Sequence record: PZ809289.1
Length of the DNA: 64,000 bases
Source: a phage
Reading direction: 5' to 3' (one strand)
Shown: piece by piece, positions 53,015 to 62,265 of the stretch
How the letters are laid out: each line of letters opens with the position of its first letter
How positions within the stretch are numbered: position 1 is the first letter of the stretch
Notes under the pieces: generated by a model
What the model saw: only the letters and a program-made list of their open reading frames with translations
Told to the model about the DNA's origin: nothing
Database searches by the model: none
Made by a program: the position numbers and the translations under genes

Positions 53015-53685
53015 AAGATATAATTATTGACTTTGAAACCTTTGCCACTACTCAAAATGCAGCGGTTATCGACCTAGCCGTAATTGCTTACGACCCTAAT
53101 CCAGAGGTTGTAGAAACGTTTGAAGAGCTTACTCAACGAGGCCTTCGTATTAAATTTGACCTCGCTTCTCAACGTGATAAACGACTGTTTTCTAAAAGCA
53201 CGTTGCAGTGGTGGAAAGAGCAAGGGCCTGAAGCGCGTAAAAACCTGGCTCCATCTGAAATTGATGTGTCCACTTCTATTGGTCTCGGTAATTTCCTGGA
53301 ATACTGCCGTAAAAACGAAGTGGACCAATGGAAATCTCAGATGTGGTGTCGTGGAATGTCCTTTGACTTTCCTATCTTAGTCGACCTTATTCGTGATGCT
53401 TATCGTTCTGAAGGTGTTCCTGAGAATGAAATCGATACCAGTAAATTAGAACCGGTTAAATTCTGGAACCAACGTGACATCCGTACGGCTATTGAAGCAT
53501 ATTCACTAACTCGTGGATTGAGCATGTGTCCTCTGCCTAACGGAACATTGAATGGCTTTGTTGCCCATGACTCCATCCATGACTGTGCTAAGGATATCTT
53601 GATGCTGAAATATGCCCAACGTTATGCCTTAGGCCTGGAAGATGTCCCTGAGAATCCTGACCCGTTAAGTGTAAAAAATCGATAA
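53011..53685 (+). CDS. dexA: Exonuclease A (DEDD-type 3'-5' exonuclease)
   Basis: MKDIIIDFETFATTQNAAVIDLAVIAY... DEDD exo I motif at N-terminus; 224 aa; position downstream of dda as in T4. Confidence 0.85.
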   Translation: MKDIIIDFETFATTQNAAVIDLAVIAYDPNPEVVETFEELTQRGLRIKFDLASQRDKRLFSKSTLQWWKEQGPEARKNLAPSEIDVSTSIGLGNFLEYCRKNEVDQWKSQMWCRGMSFDFPILVDLIRDAYRSEGVPENEIDTSKLEPVKFWNQRDIRTAIEAYSLTRGLSMCPLPNGTLNGFVAHDSIHDCAKDILMLKYAQRYALGLEDVPENPDPLSVKNR

Positions 53686-53689
53686 AAGT

Positions 53690-53718
53690 GTTTACTTCTC
53701 CTCATGACATGATACTAT
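53690..53718 (+). promoter_or_regulatory. Early promoter with stem-loop (PeSL-like)
   Basis: GTTTAC 53690-53695, TACTAT 53713-53718, CCCTATCAAC; 11-bp inverted repeat TTCTCCTCATG/CATGAGGAGAA. Confidence 0.6.
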
Positions 53719-53745
53719 CTACCCTATCAACATGAGGAGAACAAA

Positions 53746-54255
53746 ATGAAAATTTATCGAGTGGAGTCATCGTTCAGTATCTTAGATAACAGCGATGTTA
53801 TAGCAATCACTCACCAACAGTGCCGCCAATTAACACCGTATAGAGGCTCGTTTGATGAATGGAGCGAAGGTTGGTTATTAGAAGTAGGTTTCGACAAACC
53901 TAATTTTAGACACCACCATACCAATAATAAAAATATTCCGCTACCAGGTCAAGACAAGTTGTTGGTGGAAAATTCTAATAAAACCATTCGAACTAAGTGG
54001 GGCCAGCCTGATTATGAAGGCTGCGATGATTATATTCCAGGTTGGTTTGTTAATCTCTACCATTTTGCTTTTGCCAGTGAGTATGATATGATGCGCTGGT
54101 TCACTCGTGAAGAGCGTGAAGAATTATCTTCTAAAGGATTCTATCTTGCCGTTTACGAAATCCCTGAAGATGAGGTTGTCATTGGTGGCCGCCAAGTAAT
54201 GTTCCGCAAATCCCATGCTGAACTCGTAGATTTTATTGAATTGAGAACAATATGA
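53746..54255 (+). CDS. Hypothetical protein (169 aa)
   Basis: RBS GAGGAG. Confidence 0.55.
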   Translation: MKIYRVESSFSILDNSDVIAITHQQCRQLTPYRGSFDEWSEGWLLEVGFDKPNFRHHHTNNKNIPLPGQDKLLVENSNKTIRTKWGQPDYEGCDDYIPGWFVNLYHFAFASEYDMMRWFTREEREELSSKGFYLAVYEIPEDEVVIGGRQVMFRKSHAELVDFIELRTI

Positions 54256-54800
54256 AATTTAATTACAACCCTAAATACACCCCGAATCCGGCAGCTAAAC
54301 TGATTGATTTTGATGTTTTAAGCACTTATGTATGCCCTGTTAAACCACTGGAAATTAAGGAACCTGCTATGAATACTCAGACTATCGAAATCGGCAAAAC
54401 CTACAAACTGGTTGAACCTGAAATTAAAACTAAGGCCTTGATTTCTGGCCATAAAACTCTGACTGAGGTTTTTGGCGAAGGCGAATTTATTGTTGAAGAA
54501 TTTACCAAAAGTGACTGGTTTACTAAATCTTACGTCATCCACGGCCGTCGATTAGATAATAACAAAATAGAGAAAATCTTGGTTTATGAAGATGAGTTCA
54601 TCCTGTTCCAAGAAGTTGAAGAACAAGACCCTACCGACCTTCTGTGTGCTGCTGTGTCTATCCGTCGTCCTTTTGATAATCCTATCTGTGGTTGGGTAAC
54701 AGACCAGTGGGTTGAAGACGGTGTTGAGCTGCTGAACGTTGTACATGCTGGTGATTTTAGCGTAGTACCTCGTAGTGCAGTGGTTAATGTATTGAATTAG
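54252..54800 (+). CDS. Hypothetical protein (182 aa), paralog of 54874
   Basis: C-terminus ...CGWVTDQWVEDGVELLNVVHAGDFSVVPRS parallels the next ORF. Confidence 0.55.
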   Translation: MKFNYNPKYTPNPAAKLIDFDVLSTYVCPVKPLEIKEPAMNTQTIEIGKTYKLVEPEIKTKALISGHKTLTEVFGEGEFIVEEFTKSDWFTKSYVIHGRRLDNNKIEKILVYEDEFILFQEVEEQDPTDLLCAAVSIRRPFDNPICGWVTDQWVEDGVELLNVVHAGDFSVVPRSAVVNVLN

Positions 54801-54802
54801 TA

Positions 54803-54831
54803 GTTTACTTTATCGAGAGCCATGTTATAAT
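54803..54831 (+). promoter_or_regulatory. Early promoter with hairpin across -10
   Basis: GTTTAC 54803-54808, TG-extended TATAAT 54826-54831; 9-bp inverted repeat GAGAGCCAT/ATGGCTCTC. Confidence 0.55.
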
Positions 54832-54873
54832 GGCTCTCATGGAGAATAAACTTATTAACCAAGAGAGAAAATT

Positions 54874-55425
54874 ATGATTACTATCGGTGAAATTGTTCGT
54901 GTATCCAAAGAATCTCGCTCAAAAGCCGCGGGTCGTTTTGTTGAAGTTGCTGGTATTCGTACTAATTTAGTAGGTGGAATTAAAGAAGTTAAAGTGCGTA
55001 TTATTCCTAAAAATGGCCAGACTGAAACTCAATTCGCTTATGTGCATCCTAAATTCCTGGAATCAACTGAATTCACTGGACACATCGCTCCTGTAGTTGA
55101 AGAAGTTGAATCCCATGATGGGTATGTATGTGAAAGCAATGATATCCGTGGCGTAGTAGCTCAAGACGTTGAAACTATTGACCAATCTCATGTTGGTGTT
55201 GATTTCAAATGGAAATTAGGTAAAGGTGTCTTTTTCGTTTCACCTAAACCGTTTGAATACAATTGCAAGTATGGTCCGACTTATGAAACCACTAGTATGT
55301 CCGGTTACATCACAGACCAATGGGTTGAAGAAGGTGTTAAGCTGTATAACATCGTGTTCCTTGGCACCTTTAAAGTAGTTCCTGAAAGTTTTATTGTTGA
55401 GTACGCTGATATTCATTTTGCATAA
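54874..55425 (+). CDS. Hypothetical protein (183 aa), paralog of 54252
   Basis: C-terminus ...SGYITDQWVEEGVKLYNIVFLGTFKVVPES. Confidence 0.55.
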   Translation: MITIGEIVRVSKESRSKAAGRFVEVAGIRTNLVGGIKEVKVRIIPKNGQTETQFAYVHPKFLESTEFTGHIAPVVEEVESHDGYVCESNDIRGVVAQDVETIDQSHVGVDFKWKLGKGVFFVSPKPFEYNCKYGPTYETTSMSGYITDQWVEEGVKLYNIVFLGTFKVVPESFIVEYADIHFA

Positions 55426-55436
55426 AGTTTAAAAAC

Positions 55437-55467
55437 AGTATACAACAGGGTAGTAGTGTGATACTAT
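55437..55467 (+). promoter_or_regulatory. Early promoter variant (PeSL-like)
   Basis: GTATAC at -35 position, TG-extended TACTAT 55462-55467, CCCTATCAAC box. Confidence 0.4.
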
Positions 55468-55497
55468 TACCCTATCAACAAATGAGAGGAAAATAAA

Positions 55498-55716
55498 ATG
55501 GCTAAAGTTACTGTGAACTCGACTCGTGAAGAATTTGAAGATGTTCTGTTCAACCCTGATTTAATCGTGGTTCAAAAGGAACATTCTGATACGTTTTCTC
55601 ATTTATCGTCGGTTTATGTATACGAAAACCAAGGTGATGAAAACCCTATCTATGCGGTGTTCCGTGAAATCACTGCTGAAGGCACCGACTTCTGGAAGGA
55701 AACTTATAATGCTTAA
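55498..55716 (+). CDS. Hypothetical protein (72 aa)
   Basis: RBS GAGAGGAAAA. Confidence 0.5.
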   Translation: MAKVTVNSTREEFEDVLFNPDLIVVQKEHSDTFSHLSSVYVYENQGDENPIYAVFREITAEGTDFWKETYNA

Positions 55717-56236
55717 TCAAGAACTTGAATTTGAAAAAGGTAAATGGTACTATTTTAAAGATGATGCGGCAGAAGCTGAATTCCGTAAGCTGAATTCCCA
55801 TAATATTAGGAATCCTAATAATTCTTCTATAGCAGATATCATTGTCAATTCTGAAGGTTTTTGCCCTGTTAGATTAGCGGCAGGTTATGTGATGAACGTG
55901 GACTTGGCTTATGGTGATAACACTGATATGGTTTTATATCCAAGCGAGCGTAAATTCTTTACTGAAATGGTTGTAGTTGACAGTGAAGACGAATGGGCTG
56001 AAGATGGTTTCTCTGAAGAAGACAAGTCTGAAGATGCAGCCCCATCTGAACCAAGCGATTTCCCTTTGACTAAAATCACTATGGAAATGGGTTTAGTTAG
56101 CAGTGAAGACGAAGACCAGTCTGAAGATGCCGCCCCATCTGAACCTAGTGATTTCCCTTTGACTAAAATCACTATCTCTAATAATTCTGAAGCCTGGACT
56201 GTTTACCAGATGTTGAAAGCTCACTTTAAGGAATAA
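55709..56236 (+). CDS. Hypothetical acidic protein with internal tandem repeat (175 aa)
   Basis: ATG overlapping upstream stop (ATGCTTAA); contains two copies of SEDAAPSEPSDFPLTKIT; track start 55616 overlaps upstream gene. Confidence 0.5.
   Translation: MLNQELEFEKGKWYYFKDDAAEAEFRKLNSHNIRNPNNSSIADIIVNSEGFCPVRLAAGYVMNVDLAYGDNTDMVLYPSERKFFTEMVVVDSEDEWAEDGFSEEDKSEDAAPSEPSDFPLTKITMEMGLVSSEDEDQSEDAAPSEPSDFPLTKITISNNSEAWTVYQMLKAHFKE
56027..56175 (+). repeat. Intragenic direct repeat, two 56-bp copies 93 bp apart
   Basis: 56027-56082 and 56120-56175 differ at about 3 positions; in-frame duplication. Confidence 0.8.
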
Positions 56237-56238
56237 TA

Positions 56239-56412
56239 TGCCACTTTATGATTATAAATGCCAATCTGAAGACTGTGCAAAAGAATACGAAAAAATCAAG
56301 AAAATCTCTGAAAGAGATAATGATGTTTGTCCTGATTGCCATCGGCTGGCTGTTCGGTTAGTCTCGGCTCCTAAACATGTTAATGGCGGTTTTTACGACC
56401 TGCTGACTAAGT
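56239..56412 (+). CDS. Small zinc-ribbon protein (57 aa)
   Basis: CQSEDC...17 residues...CPDC four-Cys arrangement; below track cutoff. Confidence 0.4.
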
Positions 56413-56420
56413 GAGAAATT

Positions 56421-56681
56421 ATGAAATATATTAATCGTTCTATTGCAGCTCTCGTATTAGCAGTTTCGTTGGTTGGATGTACTGATGCTGATAATGCTAC
56501 CCGTGTATTGGATGCAAATGGCTACGAACAAATCCAAATCACAGGATACAACCTATTCGGCTGTTCTGAAGATGATTTCCAACGTACAGGCTTTATTGCT
56601 GTGGGTCCGACAGGTAAAAGGGTTGAAGGAACAGTTTGTTCTGGGTTATTCTTTAAAAAGTCGACCATTCGATTTGATTAA
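56421..56681 (+). CDS. Predicted lipoprotein (86 aa)
   Basis: Signal sequence with lipobox LVGC. Confidence 0.55.
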   Translation: MKYINRSIAALVLAVSLVGCTDADNATRVLDANGYEQIQITGYNLFGCSEDDFQRTGFIAVGPTGKRVEGTVCSGLFFKKSTIRFD

Positions 56682-56700
56682 GGGCTTCGGCCCTTTTCTT
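56681..56700 (+). terminator. Rho-independent terminator (AGGGC-UUCG-GCCCU-U4)
   Basis: Stem-loop begins at last base of upstream stop codon. Confidence 0.7.
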
Positions 56701-56747
56701 GTTAAGCAAAGTATCCAAATCCTTAAATCTATGTTATAATACATATT

Positions 56748-57428
56748 ATGAAATATATAACATACTTAACAATATATGATGGAACAAAGCTACCTCCATT
56801 TTATATAGGCTCCACTTATTTGGATAAACACCTAGCTGGATATCATGGTTCGGTGACATCCAAAAAGTACGAAGACCTATATAATAAAGAGCTTGAGGAA
56901 CATCCTGAATTATTTGATAGCATGATTTTGGGTGAATTTGAAACCAGAGAAGAAGCTACATTTTGCGAGCTTTATTACCAAAAACTTTATAACGTGGTCA
57001 AAAGTAATTTATTTTTCAATATGGCATATGCTACCGTTGACGGATGTTTTGGTATGGATGTTTGTAAAGAAAATAATCCATTTTGGAACCATAAACATTC
57101 TGAAAGTACATTAAAAGCCCAATCTGATGCTAAGATTGGAGAGCTTAATCCTATGTACGGGACTAAACGCCCTGAGCATTCTAAAGCAATGTCAAAAGAA
57201 AATAATCCTTTTTATGATAAGAAACACACCGAAGAAGGATTGGTTAAGTGTGGAATTAAAAATCGTAAAAGTCCGGTATGGGAATATGAATCTGCTTTAG
57301 AAAAATTATGGTTAGAATTAGATAAACCTAAATTGGCTATGTTTATGCGAGAAAGTATTAAACGCGGTTTTCCTGAAGGTTCATACAAAAATATTTTACG
57401 ACAATTCGAGAGAAGACATAATGATTGA
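56748..57428 (+). CDS. GIY-YIG homing endonuclease (Seg-like), paralog of 23983
   Basis: MKYITYLTIYDGTKLPPFYIGSTYLDKH...; NUMOD3 repeats NPFWNHKHSE, NPMYGTKRPEHS, NPFYDKKHTEEG; directly upstream of gene 39. Confidence 0.75.
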   Translation: MKYITYLTIYDGTKLPPFYIGSTYLDKHLAGYHGSVTSKKYEDLYNKELEEHPELFDSMILGEFETREEATFCELYYQKLYNVVKSNLFFNMAYATVDGCFGMDVCKENNPFWNHKHSESTLKAQSDAKIGELNPMYGTKRPEHSKAMSKENNPFYDKKHTEEGLVKCGIKNRKSPVWEYESALEKLWLELDKPKLAMFMRESIKRGFPEGSYKNILRQFERRHND

Positions 57429-59241
57429 TAATAAAATTGAAATGCTTAGTATTAAAGAACACGTTATTAAACGCCCTGGAATGTACATAGGAAGTGTATC
57501 ATTCGAGGACCATGAACGTTTTCTCTTTGGCGAATTTAAAAAAATTCGTTATGTTGCGGGTGTTCTCAAATTAGTAGATGAAATCATTGATAACTCTGTC
57601 GATGAAGCCATTCGTACCAATTTTAAATTTGCAAATAAAATCTCAGTTGGTATTGATTTAAAAACTAATAAAGTTACTGTAGAAGATAATGGTCGTGGCA
57701 TTCCACAGGCTATGGTTATTACTCCTGAAGGTGAAGAAATCCCAGGACCTGTGGCTGCCTGGACCAAGACTATGGCAGGTGGTAACTTTGGCGACGATAA
57801 AGAACGAGTCACGGGTGGCCAAAACGGTGTAGGCTCAAGCTTAACAAATATTTTCTCTACATTGTTTACAGGTGTAACTTCAGATGGCAAAAATGAGCTA
57901 TCAGTAAATTGTTCTAATAACGCCGATAACGTTTCTTGGAAAACCAAAGCATCTAAAGCCAATGGAACAAAGGTTGAATTTATTCCAGATTTTACCCACT
58001 TTGAAATGTCGGCTTTTGACCAAATCTATTTAGATGTTACTTTAGACCGTTTGCAAACCTTGTCAGTGGTTTATCCCGACATAGAATTTAAATTTAATGG
58101 TAAAAAGGTTCAAGGCCAGTTTAAAAAATATGCTAAGCAGTTTGATGAAGAAGTTGTAACTCAAGAACAAGAAACATGCTCTATTGCAATCGGTCGAAGC
58201 CCTGACGGATTCCGTCATTTAACTTATGTGAACAATATTCATACTAAAAATGGTGGCCATCACATTGAATGCGTAATGGATGATATGTGTGATGAATTGA
58301 TTCCAGCTATTAAAAAGAAATATAAAATCGAAGTAACTAAGGCTCGCGTTAAAGAATGTCTAACTATGTTGATGTTTGTCCGTGGAATGAAAAACCTTCG
58401 TTTTGATTCCCAGACTAAAGAGCGTTTGACTAGCCCTTATGGCGAAATCCGTAGTCATATTCAGTTAGATACTAAAAAGTTGGCCAAAAGCATTCTGAAT
58501 TCTGAAGCAGTATTGATGCCCATTATCGAAGCTGCTTTAGCACGTAAATTAGCAGCTGAAAAGGCTGCCGAAACTAAAGCCGCTAAGAAAGCTTCTAAAG
58601 CCAAGGTCCATAAGCATATTAAAGCTAACCTATACGGCAAAGATGCTGATACAACCCTGTTCCTAACCGAAGGTGATTCCGCTATGGGTCCTTTCATTGA
58701 AGTCCGTAATAAAGACCTTCAAGGTGGCTATCCATTACGTGGTAAGGTTATGAATACCTGGGGAATGACAGCAACAGATATCATGAAGAACAAGGAACTA
58801 TTTGATATCTGTGCAATCACTGGATTGGTTATTGGTGAACCTGCAGAGAAAACTAACTATCGTAATATTGCTATTATGACTGATGCCGATGTGGATGGTA
58901 CTGGCTCGATTTATCCATCATTGCTAGCCTTCTTTAGTCAATGGCCTGAATTGTTCGAACAAGGCCGAGTACGTTTCTGTAAAACACCTGTAATTATTGC
59001 CCAGGTTGGTAAAGAACAAGAATGGTTCTATGATGTTCCTAGTTATACCAAAGCTAAGGACTCTCTACCAAAACATTCTATTCGGTATATCAAAGGACTA
59101 GGTTCTCTTGAGAAAGCTGAATACCGTCGAATGATTCAAGACCCTAAATTTGATGTGGTTCAATTACCTGAAGATTGGAAAGAACAGTTCGAAATGCTCC
59201 TTGGTAATGACCCACAACTCCGTAAGGCCTGGATGTCGTAA
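57421..59241 (+). CDS. 39: DNA topoisomerase II large subunit (GyrB-like ATPase), unsplit 39+60 form
   Basis: 606 aa; GHKL ATPase N-terminus aligning to T4 gp39, continuing without interruption through the region T4 encodes as gene 60. Confidence 0.9.
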   Translation: MIDNKIEMLSIKEHVIKRPGMYIGSVSFEDHERFLFGEFKKIRYVAGVLKLVDEIIDNSVDEAIRTNFKFANKISVGIDLKTNKVTVEDNGRGIPQAMVITPEGEEIPGPVAAWTKTMAGGNFGDDKERVTGGQNGVGSSLTNIFSTLFTGVTSDGKNELSVNCSNNADNVSWKTKASKANGTKVEFIPDFTHFEMSAFDQIYLDVTLDRLQTLSVVYPDIEFKFNGKKVQGQFKKYAKQFDEEVVTQEQETCSIAIGRSPDGFRHLTYVNNIHTKNGGHHIECVMDDMCDELIPAIKKKYKIEVTKARVKECLTMLMFVRGMKNLRFDSQTKERLTSPYGEIRSHIQLDTKKLAKSILNSEAVLMPIIEAALARKLAAEKAAETKAAKKASKAKVHKHIKANLYGKDADTTLFLTEGDSAMGPFIEVRNKDLQGGYPLRGKVMNTWGMTATDIMKNKELFDICAITGLVIGEPAEKTNYRNIAIMTDADVDGTGSIYPSLLAFFSQWPELFEQGRVRFCKTPVIIAQVGKEQEWFYDVPSYTKAKDSLPKHSIRYIKGLGSLEKAEYRRMIQDPKFDVVQLPEDWKEQFEMLLGNDPQLRKAWMS

Positions 59242-59285
59242 TAAATACGTATGGTACTAATTGGTGCCATACAAAAGGAGACTTT

Positions 59286-59447
59286 ATGAGAAAGTACTGG
59301 GTTACGCTCGTCACCGGTGAATACGGTTATATCTGGACTGATACTAGACCTCAGTTTGCAGAATACGTGACTATTACAGTCGAGACATGGGACGGCGAAG
59401 TTTACCAAACCCGCGGACAAGTCTATAAGGTCGATTCAAGTAACTAA
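59286..59447 (+). CDS. Hypothetical small protein (53 aa)
   Basis: Strong RBS AAGGAG; followed by terminator; below track cutoff. Confidence 0.45.
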   Translation: MRKYWVTLVTGEYGYIWTDTRPQFAEYVTITVETWDGEVYQTRGQVYKVDSSN

Positions 59448-59448
59448 T

Positions 59449-59468
59449 AAGGGCCTTCGGGCCCTTTT
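59449..59468 (+). terminator. Rho-independent terminator (AAGGGCC-UUCG-GGCCCUU-U4)
   Basis: 7-bp stem, UUCG loop, T-run. Confidence 0.75.
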
Positions 59469-59472
59469 CGGG

Positions 59473-59502
59473 GTTTACAAAGACCCGTGGTTATGATAGG
59501 AT
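59473..59502 (+). promoter_or_regulatory. Early promoter-like element
   Basis: GTTTAC 59473-59478, TG-extended TAGGAT 59497-59502. Confidence 0.45.
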
Positions 59503-59519
59503 TATCTAGAGGTGAGAAT

Positions 59520-59843
59520 ATGATTATGCAAGATAACAGTATAGTGAACACTGACAACCTGGCTCTATCCTTTATGGAAACAGCCATACGAAATTGTAAG
59601 GACGAAGGAATAGTGACTACAAGCGGTAAGGGACTTGAATACCTTAAGGCTGTAAAATCTATTGCCTTAAAGATTAAAGATAACCAGGCGCTCTCTCCTG
59701 TGGTCCAGGAAAAGGTTTTAGAGATAATGTATCGCCACAGAGAGCACAAAAGTACAATGGGTTCTATGAGAAGAATTCTGGCTGAACTAGGTTCTACCAG
59801 AGAATATGTTCAACATGAGGTAGTTAAAAATGACAAACTTTAA
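59520..59843 (+). CDS. Hypothetical protein (107 aa)
   Basis: RBS GAGGTGAG; track start 59487 falls inside promoter. Confidence 0.5.
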   Translation: MIMQDNSIVNTDNLALSFMETAIRNCKDEGIVTTSGKGLEYLKAVKSIALKIKDNQALSPVVQEKVLEIMYRHREHKSTMGSMRRILAELGSTREYVQHEVVKNDKL

Positions 59844-60033
59844 AGTGAATATTGATTTGTTCGATAAAGCCGTCCATAAAGAATTCCGGTTAATCCAGCG
59901 ATTTTTTGATATCAATGCGGCTGAGGATTTTAAAGAACGCTTTAAAGAAATCAGATATAAAATACTCAACGACATCGCTACTAAGGACGAGCTCCTTGAA
60001 GTGGCAGACATTTTTAAACGTAACCTGAATTGA
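59830..60033 (+). CDS. Hypothetical protein (67 aa), rIIA-proximal
   Basis: ORF overlapping upstream end. Confidence 0.5.
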   Translation: MTNFKVNIDLFDKAVHKEFRLIQRFFDINAAEDFKERFKEIRYKILNDIATKDELLEVADIFKRNLN

Positions 60034-60040
60034 GAAAAAT

Positions 60041-62251
60041 ATGATTATTGAAACCGAAAAAGAACAAATCATTGGTAATGGTGCTAAGTCCACAGGCTTT
60101 ACTATTCAGGCATCGCCTAAGGTCTTTAAAATTTTGTCATCAGACCTTTATAGTAATAAAGTACGTGCCGTAGTTCGTGAACTGATTACTAACATGATTG
60201 ATGCCCATATTCTAAATGGTAATAAAGAACGTTGGAAAGTACAGGTTCCTGGTAAACTGGACCCTCGCTTTGTATGCCGTGACTTCGGGCCGGGTATGAG
60301 TGATTTCCAAATTCGTGGTGATGAAAACGAAACAGGTTTGTATAACTCTTATTTCGCGTCGTCCAAAACCGCTTCTAACGATTTCATCGGCGGCTTTGGC
60401 CTTGGTTCAAAATCTCCGTTCAGTTATACCGAAACGTTTAATATTACCTCATGGCACAATGGCGAAGTTCGCGGTTATGTAGCATATATGGATGGTGATG
60501 GCCCGCAGATTAAACCTACTTTCGTAGAACCTATGCAGCCAGGTGATAAAACAGGTATCGAAATCACGGTTCCTGTTGATGAAGAAGATTTCCGTAAGTT
60601 TGAAACTGAAGTTCGTTATATCATGCGGCCTTTCATTGGTCTTGGTGATGTAGACGGTGTTGAAGTTGATTATTTCCCTGAATTTGACGATTACCATCCT
60701 GTAACCACTACAAATTATGGCAGCTTCGAACGTTCAGGACTTTATGCAGTTTATGGTGGTATTGTTTATCCATTGGATTCCGCCTATAATAAAGGCACGT
60801 GGATGCGTACTCGCCATGATGTAGTTTATATTAAGTTCCCTATGGGTTCACTGGATATTGCTCCTTCTCGTGAAGTGTTGTCTCTTGATAAACGTACGAT
60901 GGAAAATATTGCAACCCGTATCGAAGCACTGGATGCAGTGGTCTTTAAAAACGATACACAGGAATGGGTTGAATCTGATAATCCACGCCATGTTTATCGT
61001 GACCTTTCTAACCTTGGTTACAGTGCTCGTGACTATCTTACCAAAAAAGGTGGAACTAGCCTGTTTACTACAGAAAAATTGACATATGAGAAATTATACC
61101 AGCGTTATACCCTTCAAAACGACCTTATTAATTTAGGTGTGGTTTACGAAGTCGTTTCAGACCCACGTTTGAAACGAATTAAGTCAAGTGGTAATACTTC
61201 TTCGGTAGCAGGACTTAGTAATTTATTAGGCATTAATAAGAAAGAAATCCATGTTGTTTATGATGATGAAAAAGGTCGTGTGCCATTAGTTCGAGGTCTT
61301 TGGGCTCTGGCAATGGACAACAGTGCTTCGGCTAAGAAAATTGTTAAAGAGAACAATATTCCTAAATACGGAACTGACCTTATTTTTGTCGACCCAAATT
61401 CAATGTTGCAAATGCAACAACTTGAAAAGGTTAAAGAACTTTTTAAAGGTGACACAATTCATTTTTATAAAGTCTCTGAACTGAATAAAATTGTTAAGCC
61501 ATGGATTCCGGTTACTGTCCGTTCATCAGAACCGCGTCCTAAAACACCGAGTGCTTATCGTTGGTTCATTAAAGACGGGCGCTGGCAACAAGAGACCATG
61601 TATTTGACTGCTGCCGAAGCAGAAGAAATTACAGGTTATGTTCTGTTTGGCAGTCGTTCTGATATTATGGGAATGGATGAAGCTTATGGTATCTTTGACA
61701 TCAATACCACTACCATGTGTCGTATGGCTAATTTGATTGGTGCTACCGAATTCCATATCATTCGCCCTCAGATTGCCAAAAAGATTAAAAAGTTAGGCCA
61801 ATGCGAATGCTTGATGGAAGCTACATTAGAAGCTTATGCTGAAGCCTTAGACGCGGTAGATGTTGATGACTACCTTGGTAGCAATACTCGAGCTCGGTAT
61901 TACCTTGAAATCATTGCTAAGTTCCCTCAGCTTAATTTCATGACCAAGTATTTCAGTGATAAGCCGGTAACTGAAGCATATACTCGTCTGAGTAATTTCT
62001 ATGATATATTCCGTTATATGAATTTCCATGGTTATATCACTGATGATAAGCTTTCCGTTATCAAGAAAATTTGTAACAATACTTTTTTTAAGTTGACTGA
62101 TAATGCTTCAAGCAACAATGATAAAATGACTGTACAGTTTGAATCTGATTACCATTTAGTTTCGGACTACATGTATCGTCGTGGAACATCCATTACCGAG
62201 GCTTCTGTAGCTCAAATTGTTAAATTCATGAAAGCCGTGGAAGCGGCTTAA
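60041..62251 (+). CDS. rIIA: rIIA membrane-associated protein (lysis-inhibition/exclusion locus)
   Basis: 736 aa; N-terminal GHKL-like motif VRAVVRELITNMIDAH and GFGLGSKS; size and position match T4 rIIA. Confidence 0.9.
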   Translation: MIIETEKEQIIGNGAKSTGFTIQASPKVFKILSSDLYSNKVRAVVRELITNMIDAHILNGNKERWKVQVPGKLDPRFVCRDFGPGMSDFQIRGDENETGLYNSYFASSKTASNDFIGGFGLGSKSPFSYTETFNITSWHNGEVRGYVAYMDGDGPQIKPTFVEPMQPGDKTGIEITVPVDEEDFRKFETEVRYIMRPFIGLGDVDGVEVDYFPEFDDYHPVTTTNYGSFERSGLYAVYGGIVYPLDSAYNKGTWMRTRHDVVYIKFPMGSLDIAPSREVLSLDKRTMENIATRIEALDAVVFKNDTQEWVESDNPRHVYRDLSNLGYSARDYLTKKGGTSLFTTEKLTYEKLYQRYTLQNDLINLGVVYEVVSDPRLKRIKSSGNTSSVAGLSNLLGINKKEIHVVYDDEKGRVPLVRGLWALAMDNSASAKKIVKENNIPKYGTDLIFVDPNSMLQMQQLEKVKELFKGDTIHFYKVSELNKIVKPWIPVTVRSSEPRPKTPSAYRWFIKDGRWQQETMYLTAAEAEEITGYVLFGSRSDIMGMDEAYGIFDINTTTMCRMANLIGATEFHIIRPQIAKKIKKLGQCECLMEATLEAYAEALDAVDVDDYLGSNTRARYYLEIIAKFPQLNFMTKYFSDKPVTEAYTRLSNFYDIFRYMNFHGYITDDKLSVIKKICNNTFFKLTDNASSNNDKMTVQFESDYHLVSDYMYRRGTSITEASVAQIVKFMKAVEAA

Positions 62252-62265
62252 TCTAAGGAAATATT

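Noticed and set aside
697-59502. CRISPR-like array suggested by the many repeated GTTTAC...TACTATAGACCTATCAAC elements
   Set aside because: Repeats are 1-7 kb apart, lie 5' of genes and contain promoter hexamers; not a regularly spaced repeat-spacer array
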